Assembly: GCA_043822705.1 (NCBI GenBank)
Contig: JBDRBK010000058.1
Location: 1-10,570, forward strand
DNA from: Fidelibacterota bacterium
Lineage (GTDB): Bacteria > Fidelibacterota > Marinisomatia > Marinisomatales > TCS56
Length of the DNA: 10,570 nt
Reading direction: 5' to 3'
Part shown: positions 1-6,062 of the stretch, in pieces
How the letters are laid out: each line of letters starts with the position of its first letter
Numbering within the stretch: the first letter of the stretch is position 1
Position numbers and translations under genes: made by a program
The notes under the pieces: model-generated
Seen by the model: only the letters and a program-made list of their open reading frames with translations
Told to the model about the DNA's origin: nothing
Database searches by the model: none

Positions 1-170
1 ATTTCGCCCTTGTCGATATTGACGATAACACTGCAATTATCAGAATCGCCGCGCTGCTTTTCGATTATGTACAGGAATAATTGCTCGATAATCGAACCAA
101 GCTCCGAACGTTCCACGTTTTTCTCACGCGCTATCTCTGAAAAAACCTCAATTAACTCCCGGTTAATCAA
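1..170 (-). CDS. nusA: Transcription termination/antitermination factor NusA, N-terminal part (runs off the window edge)
   Basis: Not in the ORF track; translated by hand from a TTG at 170: MINRELIEVFSEIAREKNVERSELGSIIEQLFLYIIEKQRGDSDNCSVIVNIDKGE. This matches the NusA N-terminus (I.REK.I/V ... V.ID.GEI). A GGAGG Shine-Dalgarno sits at 181-177, and the position directly after rimP is canonical. Confidence 0.93.
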   Translation of the reverse strand, partial: MINRELIEVFSEIAREKNVERSELGSIIEQLFLYIIEKQRGDSDNCSVIVNIDKGE

Positions 171-182
171 AAATGACCTCCG

Positions 183-626
183 TTAACCCTTGAAGGAAAT
201 TATTATGTTGGCATTAATAATCTGATCAAACGGGACGAACAAATCCTGGCGATTGCTGGTATTGACATAAATTCCCGTTTCATCCACTCGTGTCAGTTTG
301 GCGATCAGCTCCTTTTCGGACAATTGTTCCGAAAGTGTTAATTTTAGTTTCCGGTTAATATTTTTACGATACTGAAAGGGAAACCGGAGTGGTGCCTCGA
401 TTCCCGGGGAAGTGACCTGCAGTCGATACCCGTCGGGAAATTGAGCAATCATCTCACTGGCGCCGCGCAGTATCCGGGTTATCCGCGTAACCAGGTCCAG
501 CGATACCGGTAATTCGGAATCGATCACCACTTTGAGGGGTGATTCGATTCCGTCACCGCGGACTTCCAGTACTACGACTTCCTCGGCCGCGATCACATTC
601 TTTACTATTTCCAGTAATTCCGGCAT
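183..626 (-). CDS. rimP: Ribosome maturation factor RimP
   Basis: Motifs 'LKVVIDSE..VSLD', 'YRLQVTSPGIEAPL' (canonical Y.LEVSSPG.ERPL) and 'QYRKNINRKLK'. The gene lies directly upstream of nusA. I prefer the ATG at 626 to the track start at 677, because 627-705 holds a leader hairpin and a promoter. Confidence 0.92.
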   Translation of the reverse strand: MPELLEIVKNVIAAEEVVVLEVRGDGIESPLKVVIDSELPVSLDLVTRITRILRGASEMIAQFPDGYRLQVTSPGIEAPLRFPFQYRKNINRKLKLTLSEQLSEKELIAKLTRVDETGIYVNTSNRQDLFVPFDQIINANIIISFKG

Positions 627-636
627 AACTTTCAGT

Positions 637-669
637 AAAAGAAAAGTGGGCTTTGTCAACCCACTTTTC
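637..669 (-). terminator. Terminator-like leader hairpin upstream of rimP (rimP-leader-type attenuator)
   Basis: The minus strand reads GAAAAGTGGG-TTGACAAAG-CCCACTTTTC-TTTT. This is a perfect 10-bp stem with a U-rich 3' side, lying between the promoter and the rimP ATG. Confidence 0.75.
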
Positions 670-676
670 AGCCCCA

Positions 677-705
677 ATTTTACTTGAATTTATTTATTTT
701 AACAA
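677..705 (-). promoter_or_regulatory. Putative sigma70 promoter for rimP-nusA
   Basis: Minus strand TTGTTA (705-700), 17-nt spacer, TAAAAT (682-677). The predicted start near 670 falls immediately before the leader hairpin. Confidence 0.6.
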
Positions 706-710
706 GCCAA

Positions 711-1400
711 TTATCGACGATCCGCCAGCATTTGTAATTTGCCTGACATTTCTTCCGCCTGCCGTTTTACACCGGTCGGCAGCGCCTCTTCCGCCAATAT
801 TTTAGTGATTATTCGTTGGGCTTCTTCCAACTGTCCCTGTTCACTGATAAGACCCGCTAATAACAGTTGCTTATTGAACTGGTCCGATTTGGTGCCGGCG
901 AATTTCACTGCCGCTTTCATCTTCGTAATGGCTTGTTCCAGATTGCCCTCCTGATGATATATATCAGCCAGAATGCTGTAGGCGTTACTGGTCAGCAAAT
1001 CCACCTTGGATGCCTTGACGAAGGTTTCCAGGTTTTTCCGGGCTTCAGCGAGCTGACCCTGATCGAATTTGATTTTACCCAGGTAATAGACCGCCAGCGT
1101 GCCTTGATCGGTCTTACCATATTGGTCGTTGACATATTCGAACTGGAATCGGGCGTTATCCAGATCACCCTGCGAGTACGCCACCAACGCTTTACCGATG
1201 GCGGTCTGCGCTTCGCGGTTGGCGGTCGAGAAACGACCGATCAACAGGATCGCGGCCACGACAACGACCACTACCACTCCCAGAGCGCGCAGCAGCACGG
1301 GCCGGTTTTCGGCAATATAACTCTGGACTTTGTAGGTCGTTTCCAGCAATGGATCACGTTTAATTTCTTTGATAGTTATCTTTTTTCTTGGTTTCAGCAT
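711..1400 (-). CDS. Membrane-anchored tetratricopeptide-repeat protein (YfgM-like architecture)
   Basis: A basic N-terminus is followed by one hydrophobic helix (ALGVVVVVVVAAILLI) and TPR-like helices (A..AYSQGDLDNA, AVYYLGKIKFDQGQLAEA, AYSILADIYHQEGNLEQA, LLAGLISEQGQLEEA). Confidence 0.8.
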   Translation of the reverse strand: MLKPRKKITIKEIKRDPLLETTYKVQSYIAENRPVLLRALGVVVVVVVAAILLIGRFSTANREAQTAIGKALVAYSQGDLDNARFQFEYVNDQYGKTDQGTLAVYYLGKIKFDQGQLAEARKNLETFVKASKVDLLTSNAYSILADIYHQEGNLEQAITKMKAAVKFAGTKSDQFNKQLLLAGLISEQGQLEEAQRIITKILAEEALPTGVKRQAEEMSGKLQMLADRR

Positions 1401-1492
1401 TTTCGTTCCTGTTTATCCGAGCAATACAAACTCATAATTTCCGCTTGGCGGTCGTTTAGTCAATTATCAAATCCAACCGGGATTTAACACAG

Positions 1493-1566
<74 letters not shown>

Positions 1567-1621
1567 AGCCGGTGAAATTAATTACTTTCAATGGTCTATT
1601 AAAAGACCGAATCCGCCCTGT

Positions 1622-2632
1622 TCAATCCGCCTCATGTTTCAGGTCGCGGGTCATCAGGTTGCGGACCGCCTGCACCGGTTCCAGACCTTTGAACAGTACT
1701 TTATAGATCACTTCCGAAATCGGCATCTCCACCTGATATTTAAGGCGCAGCTGATGCACGGATTCGGCGGTCTTGACACCTTCCGCCACCATTTTCATCT
1801 CTTGCAGGATATCATCCAGCTTCCGCCCTTTTCCGATTGCTTCACCGACGAAGCGGTTCCGGCTGTGGCGACTGAGGCAGGTAACGATCAGATCGCCGAC
1901 GCCGCTCAGACCGCTGAAGGTATCGCGCCGGGCGCCCATTTCCATTCCCAAACGGGTGATTTCGGCAATGCCGCGGGTCATCAGGGCGGCCTTGGTATTG
2001 TCACCGTAGCCGATGCCGTCACAAATGCCGGCGGCGATGGCGATCACATTTTTCAGCGAACCACCTAATTCCACACCCAGGATATCGTCGTTGGTGTATA
2101 CGCGCATCACCGGACTGGAAAATATTTTCTGCACCTGGTGCGCCGTATCCAGCGATCGTGAGGCCGCCACCAGCGTAGTCGGCATCTGCCGCGCCACTTC
2201 CTCCGCATGGCTGGGACCGTACAGGGTGACGATCCGTTCCGGCGGGATTGCTCCCACGGCGCCGATCACCTGACTCATGGTGAGCAGCGTAGCATTTTCC
2301 ACGCCCTTGGCCAGATTGACGATAACCGTCTCCTTGCCGAGGAATGGTTTAATCTCACCCATGATCGGCCGGACGATATGGGACGGGACGGCCACGATCA
2401 CCATTCCGGCGCCGGTCACGGCCGCCGCGAGCGATCCGGTAAACCGCATCGCTTCCGAAAACACCAATTGCTCGATGAACGGATGCCGGCGGCTGCGGAT
2501 CATTTCATCCAGCTCGTCCGGGAATTTGTGCCAGGCAATTACATCATGACCGGTATCGGTCAGCATCTGGGCGACGGTACCGCCCCAGGAACCGCATCCG
2601 AGTACAGCGATTTTCCGCTTGTATCTGCTCAT
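1622..2632 (-). CDS. gpsA: NAD(P)H-dependent glycerol-3-phosphate dehydrogenase
   Basis: Rossmann motif GCGSWG plus the GpsA signature motifs 'AVPS', 'AKGVE', 'GPSHAEEV', 'GVELGGSLKNVIAIAAG', 'GDNTKAAL.TRG', 'G.GDLIVTC.S.HSRN' and 'VAEG'. Confidence 0.97.
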   Translation of the reverse strand: MSRYKRKIAVLGCGSWGGTVAQMLTDTGHDVIAWHKFPDELDEMIRSRRHPFIEQLVFSEAMRFTGSLAAAVTGAGMVIVAVPSHIVRPIMGEIKPFLGKETVIVNLAKGVENATLLTMSQVIGAVGAIPPERIVTLYGPSHAEEVARQMPTTLVAASRSLDTAHQVQKIFSSPVMRVYTNDDILGVELGGSLKNVIAIAAGICDGIGYGDNTKAALMTRGIAEITRLGMEMGARRDTFSGLSGVGDLIVTCLSRHSRNRFVGEAIGKGRKLDDILQEMKMVAEGVKTAESVHQLRLKYQVEMPISEVIYKVLFKGLEPVQAVRNLMTRDLKHEAD

Positions 2633-2645
2633 ATATTTCCGGGAA

Positions 2646-4439
2646 TCAAGTTTGGTACAGTTGTTCTATCTGCGCGGCGTATTTCTGCTCCACGACCTTG
2701 CGTTTGACCTTCAACGACGGCGTGATTTCACCACCGGCAATCGTCCACAGGTCCGGCAGCAGGGCGAATTTTTTCACCACCTCGTAGCGGGCGAACCCGG
2801 CCATATTCCGTTCCACTTCCTGCTGGAATAATTCCTGTACGTGCGGCTCCTGCAGCAGGGCCGTATAATCAGTGACCGGAAGACCGTTTTTCTCCGCCCA
2901 GGTCGTCAGGTTTTCCTGGGACGGCACGATCAACGCGCTGATGAAATTCCGGCGGTCACCGATCGCCAGGCACTGCTCGATATATTTCGACATGATCAGG
3001 GCGTTCTCCAACTGGGACGGCGCAATGTTCTTGCCACCGGAGGTCACGATCAGGTTTTTCTTGCGATCGGTAATCACCAGGTACTGGTCCTCGTCCAGGT
3101 GGCCGATGTCGCCGGTGTGGAACCAGCTGTCGGCGTCGATCGCCTCGGCCGTCGCCTCGGGATTTTTGTAATATCCCAGCATTACGTTATCGCCTTTGCA
3201 GAGGATTTCGCCATCCTCGGCGATCCGCACTTCGACCCCCACGATCGTACAGCCGACGGTGCCAAATTTGTACAGTTCCGGGCGGTTGACCGTAATCACC
3301 GGACTGGTTTCGGTGAGACCATAGCCTTCCAGGATCGGAATATCGGCCGAGGCGAAGAATTCGCCGATATCCTTGGACAGGGGCGCACCGCCGGACACGA
3401 AGTAACGGAGTTTGCCGCCGACCCGCTCTTTGAGCTTGGAGAAAACCAGCTTATCGGCCAGGGCGAATTTTGTCGCCAGGAAACCGGTCGGTTTCTGACC
3501 GCGGGTCAGATACTTGGCCGCCTGCCTGCCGACCCCCAGTGCCCAGTAGAATATCTTCTGCCGGATAGCCGGGTCGTTACTGACTTTTTCCAGCACGCGA
3601 CCGTGCACTTTTTCAAAGAACCGCGGCACCGCCACGACCACCGTCGGGTGTACTTCCAGCATATTGGCGGCCACGGTCTCCATGTTTTCGGCAAAATAGA
3701 CCGTGCAATTGGCGGAGAATGCCGCCAGGTGCCCCACCATCCGCTCAAAACTGTGACTCAGCGGCAGGAACGACAGGAAGACATCCTGTTCGCTGATATC
3801 GATTGCCTTGCGGCCGTCGTTAATATTGGAGGCCAGGTTCTTGTGCGAAAGCATCACCCCCTTGGGATTCCCGGTGGTTCCGCTGGTATAGATCAGGGTC
3901 AGCAAATCGTCCGGCTTGATCGACAAGGCGCGTTCCTTGAAGTCAAATCCGGCCTCGCTCCGGTAAGCCTTTCCGGTCTTGATCAGGTCGCTGAAAGCAA
4001 TAACGCCGGCTTCACCGCCGGTTTTATCATTCATGACGACGATCGTCTTGAGCACCGGGCTTTTCCCGAAAAATTCCATGACTTTGGCCACCTGTTCCTC
4101 ATCCTCGGCGAAAATCAGCCTGGATTCGGAATTTTCGACAATATACTGAATCTGGTGGGCGATCAGTGTCGGGTAGACCGTTACCGTAGCGGCGCCCAGC
4201 CCGGTGATGGCGTAGTCGCTGAGCGCCCATTTGGACTGGTTAGTCGAAAGAATCGCCACCCGGTCGCCCGGTACGACACCTAACTTGGCCAGTCCGTAGG
4301 CCAGGGCCTCGACGGTGGCGCCGGCCTCACCGTAGGTCGTCTGGCGCCATTCGCCGTCGATTTTATCAAAATAGGCCGGGTGGTCCGGCAGGGCCGCCAC
4401 CGAATTCAAAAACATCTCTGCGATAGTCTGAAATGCCAT
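2646..4439 (-). CDS. Long-chain-fatty-acid--CoA ligase (AMP-dependent synthetase, FadD/FAA1 type)
   Basis: AMP-binding motif YTSGTTGNPKG, plus 'LSFLPLSHSFER', 'SGGAPL', 'EGYGLTETSP', 'GWFHTGD'-like SWFHTGDIG, 'ITDRKKNLIVTSGGKNIAP' and 'TPSLKVKR'. A strong GAGGAGG SD lies at 4452-4446. Confidence 0.93.
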   Translation of the reverse strand: MAFQTIAEMFLNSVAALPDHPAYFDKIDGEWRQTTYGEAGATVEALAYGLAKLGVVPGDRVAILSTNQSKWALSDYAITGLGAATVTVYPTLIAHQIQYIVENSESRLIFAEDEEQVAKVMEFFGKSPVLKTIVVMNDKTGGEAGVIAFSDLIKTGKAYRSEAGFDFKERALSIKPDDLLTLIYTSGTTGNPKGVMLSHKNLASNINDGRKAIDISEQDVFLSFLPLSHSFERMVGHLAAFSANCTVYFAENMETVAANMLEVHPTVVVAVPRFFEKVHGRVLEKVSNDPAIRQKIFYWALGVGRQAAKYLTRGQKPTGFLATKFALADKLVFSKLKERVGGKLRYFVSGGAPLSKDIGEFFASADIPILEGYGLTETSPVITVNRPELYKFGTVGCTIVGVEVRIAEDGEILCKGDNVMLGYYKNPEATAEAIDADSWFHTGDIGHLDEDQYLVITDRKKNLIVTSGGKNIAPSQLENALIMSKYIEQCLAIGDRRNFISALIVPSQENLTTWAEKNGLPVTDYTALLQEPHVQELFQQEVERNMAGFARYEVVKKFALLPDLWTIAGGEITPSLKVKRKVVEQKYAAQIEQLYQT

Positions 4440-4475
4440 GATAATCCTCCTCTTTGCGAAACTGAGTCAAATATA

Positions 4476-4505
4476 TTGACATTATATTAAGAGATTATTC
4501 AAATT
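4476..4505 (+). promoter_or_regulatory. Possible promoter for tRNA-Leu
   Basis: A perfect TTGACA sits at 4476-4481 in an AT-rich intergenic region. The -10 match is weak (TCAAAT or CAAATT at 17-18 nt). Confidence 0.35.
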
Positions 4506-4530
4506 TTCGCACTCGTTTTTTACAGGATAT

Positions 4531-4614
4531 GCCGGGGTGGCGGAACTGGTAGACGCGCTGGTCTCAAAAACCAGTGGGAGCAATCCCGTGCCGGTTCGAT
4601 TCCGGCCCTCGGTA
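4531..4614 (+). tRNA. tRNA-Leu (anticodon CAA)
   Basis: Sequence GCCGGGGTGGCGGAACTGGTAGACGCGCTGGTCTCAAAAACCAGTGGGAGCAATCCCGTGCCGGTTCGATTCCGGCCCTCGGTA. Anticodon arm is CTGGT-CT-CAA-AA-ACCAG, the long variable arm is GGGA-GCAA-TCCC, and the T arm is GCCGG-TTCGATT-CCGGC. CCA is not encoded. Confidence 0.97.
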
Positions 4615-4634
4615 CTGCGGCAATTCCGACGAGC

Positions 4635-4663
4635 AAAGGGTCTCACCAGAGGCCCTTTTTGTT
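4635..4663 (+). terminator. Rho-independent terminator after tRNA-Leu
   Basis: AAAGGGTCTC-ACCA-GAGGCCCTTT followed by TTGTT. Confidence 0.85.
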
Positions 4664-4934
4664 AGCTTCCGTATAATCAGATAACACCTGCTCATATTAG
4701 TTTTTATCAAAGTAAAGATGCAGTATTATCAGAATATTCGATCAAGGACGCTAAGGTCGTTGTCTATAACCTGCAACATTTCTAGGCAGTCACCTGTTCG
4801 ACCTAGATATGTGCATCGAGGACTCCAAGGTCATTCTTGTGCACACCAGCTCAATGACAACAGGTCATTATACCGAAGTACAATTGGGCACGATTCGACA
4901 CTGTATCAACAAACAATGATAAACAAAATTTAGG

Positions 4935-4980
4935 TTGTAATATGTAGTCAGGTAATATATTTTCAAATACAACAGGGAGG
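4935..4980 (+). promoter_or_regulatory. Putative promoter and RBS of the islet operon
   Basis: TTGTAA (4935-4940), 17-nt spacer, TATTTT (4958-4963). An SD GGGAGG lies at 4975-4980, ahead of the ATG at 4986. Confidence 0.5.
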
Positions 4981-4985
4981 GATTA

Positions 4986-5252
4986 ATGGCTAAGGATACC
5001 AGTACAGAAATAAAGTCTCAGAAAATAGAAATTGAGGTAATAATACCTGACGAATTACCTGTTATTTATTCAAATTATGCAGGTTTTTTTGCATCTAATA
5101 CTGACTGTCTCATCGATTTTGGTCTGCGAGATAATCTGGGAAAGGCAAAAATAATGACAAGAGTAATAATGAGCCCTGAGCAGACAAGAGTATTTGCAGA
5201 AAAATTGAACGGATTATTGGATGCTATAAACAAAAAGAATGAACAGCAGTAG
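4986..5252 (+). CDS. DUF3467-like small protein
   Basis: The pattern 'IYSNYA....S.TD.LIDFG ... AKIMTRVIMSPEQTRVFAEKL' resembles the DUF3467 consensus (YSN...S..EF.LDF...RV.MSP..AK.L). The gene has a strong SD. Confidence 0.75.
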   Translation: MAKDTSTEIKSQKIEIEVIIPDELPVIYSNYAGFFASNTDCLIDFGLRDNLGKAKIMTRVIMSPEQTRVFAEKLNGLLDAINKKNEQQ

Positions 5253-5270
5253 TATTCGTTTTCTGTTATA

Positions 5271-5600
5271 ATGTCCCAGCGTAAGCCTAATTATCTTTTT
5301 ACAGCAATCGATCCAGAAAATCGTGCCATTCATATGGCAGATCATACAGCTGATCATATTATAGCTGAACATGGATCAGCATCTCTTGACATTCCAAAAA
5401 TTAAAGAAACAATCGAGTCTCCAGATTGTATAAAAGAGAGTGAGTTGAACCCGGAATCACTGATCTATGTTCCAACCACTGAAACAAATAAGGACTTTAA
5501 CGTCACTACATTAATTGGTCCAGAATTTGCAGATGGAATTGTGACTTCGTCATACATTTCGAGTAGAGCGCTTAAAGGGAAAATAGTGTGGAAAAAATGA
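5271..5600 (+). CDS. Putative RNase toxin with a RelE/BECR-like fold (PBECR2/DUF4258-like partner of DUF2283)
   Basis: The pattern 'DP.NR.I.M....ADHII.EH ... IKETIESPD.I ... LIY ... GIVTSSY ... KGKIVW' resembles the HI...H / Pd.i / vvTAy / G..iW layout of small BECR-fold nucleases found upstream of DUF2283 genes. Its stop overlaps the next start (ATGA). Confidence 0.65.
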   Translation: MSQRKPNYLFTAIDPENRAIHMADHTADHIIAEHGSASLDIPKIKETIESPDCIKESELNPESLIYVPTTETNKDFNVTTLIGPEFADGIVTSSYISSRALKGKIVWKK

Positions 5601-5857
5601 AACCTACTAGAATAGCATACGATGATTTTGCTGATGTTTTATACATCACGTTCGGAAAAGCTAAATCAAGTATTGTAGATCCAATCACTGATAGCGATCT
5701 GATTAGAGTTAATACTACAACACATGAAGTTGTTGGCATTACGCTCATAGCTTATAAGAGAAGATATAAAAGCGATCCTCCAAAAAGCTACACATCTGAT
5801 ATTCGCCAAATTGTAGATAATCTATTGGCTGAACATAGAGTATTATTCGCAAATTAG
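5597..5857 (+). CDS. DUF2283-domain protein (predicted antitoxin)
   Basis: 'IAYDDFADVLYITFG ... LIRVN..THEVVGITL' matches the DUF2283 pattern (YD.EAD.LYI.F ... G.VVGI.I). The ATG at 5597 overlaps the upstream TGA (5598-5600), so I prefer it to the GTG at 5588. Confidence 0.85.
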   Translation: MKPTRIAYDDFADVLYITFGKAKSSIVDPITDSDLIRVNTTTHEVVGITLIAYKRRYKSDPPKSYTSDIRQIVDNLLAEHRVLFAN

Positions 5858-5910
5858 CTGTACCATAATCGTACAATATCAATCCATCACCACATATTAC
5901 TTGACTTCCA

Positions 5911-5967
5911 TTAGTCTTAAAAACCAGTCCTCTTCGAAATGTGCAGGTTCGATTCAAGCTCGTGTTA
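5911..5967 (+). pseudogene. Degenerate 3' portion of a tRNA-Leu (anticodon TAA); att-like relic
   Basis: Aligns without gaps to tRNA-Leu at an offset of 1353. TAGTCTTAAAAACCAGT vs TGGTCTCAAAAACCAGT gives 15/17. A 12-nt variable region follows with no identity. GTGCAGGTTCGATTCAAGCTCGTGTTA vs GTGCCGGTTCGATTCCGGCCCTCGGTA gives 20/27. The stems are broken and no D arm or 5' acceptor strand is present. Confidence 0.75.
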
Positions 5968-6011
5968 TTAAAAGCCGGCTCACTCCGATACAGCTTTTTC
6001 AGCATAATCGT

Positions 6012-6039
6012 AAATAAAAAGGGCCGCTGCCGCGGCCCT
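6012..6039 (-). terminator. Rho-independent terminator of the minus-strand gene ending at 6063
   Basis: Minus strand AGGGCCGC-GGCA-GCGGCCCT followed by TTTTATTT. Confidence 0.85.
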
Positions 6040-6062
6040 GAAAAAAATCATGCAGGACGAGA

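Larger units (their letters stand above)
4615..5967. mobile_element. Small AT-rich genomic islet (probable integrase-less remnant of a tRNA-Leu-integrated element)
   Basis: GC drops sharply: hand counts give 16/60 at 5041-5100 and 23/60 at 5401-5460, against 39/60 at 3361-3420. The genes run opposite to all flanking CDSs. The segment is bounded by the intact tRNA-Leu and a decayed tRNA-Leu 3' copy. No integrase is visible. Confidence 0.65.

Noticed and set aside
627..677. N-terminal extension of RimP (MGLKSGLTKPTFLLLKV) in the ORF track
   Set aside because: It coincides with the promoter -10 edge and the leader hairpin. The ATG at 626 gives a normal-length RimP.
2841..4283. 480-aa plus-strand ORF
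   Set aside because: It is an antisense shadow of the clearly identified acyl-CoA ligase. It has no motifs, and such shadows are typical of GC-rich coding DNA.
4741..4835. Possible mini CRISPR array or integron attC site
   Set aside because: There are only two imperfect 21-nt copies and no cas genes or integron integrase. No properly paired RYYYAAC/GTTRRRY ends surround the hairpin.
4718..4933. 71-aa ORF, and a nested 36-aa ORF at 4809-4919 (MCIEDSKVILVH...)
   Set aside because: Neither has a convincing SD or a recognisable motif, and both overlap the hairpin and repeat structure. A decayed gene fragment cannot be excluded.
5884..5967. Calling the relic a functional tRNA-Leu(TAA)
   Set aside because: There is no D arm or 5' acceptor strand. 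The T stem has two mismatches, the anticodon stem has one, and the variable arm does not pair.
5745..6005. 86-aa minus-strand ORF
   Set aside because: It is antisense to the DUF2283 gene and the tRNA relic, and has no motifs.
5864..6012. 10-nt direct repeat CATAATCGTA (5864-5873 and 6003-6012) flanking the tRNA relic
   Set aside because: Exact 10-11 nt matches are expected by chance in 10 kb, especially in AT-rich DNA. The same applies to ACGCTAAGGTC at 4748 and 6968. No associated element supports a target-site duplication.
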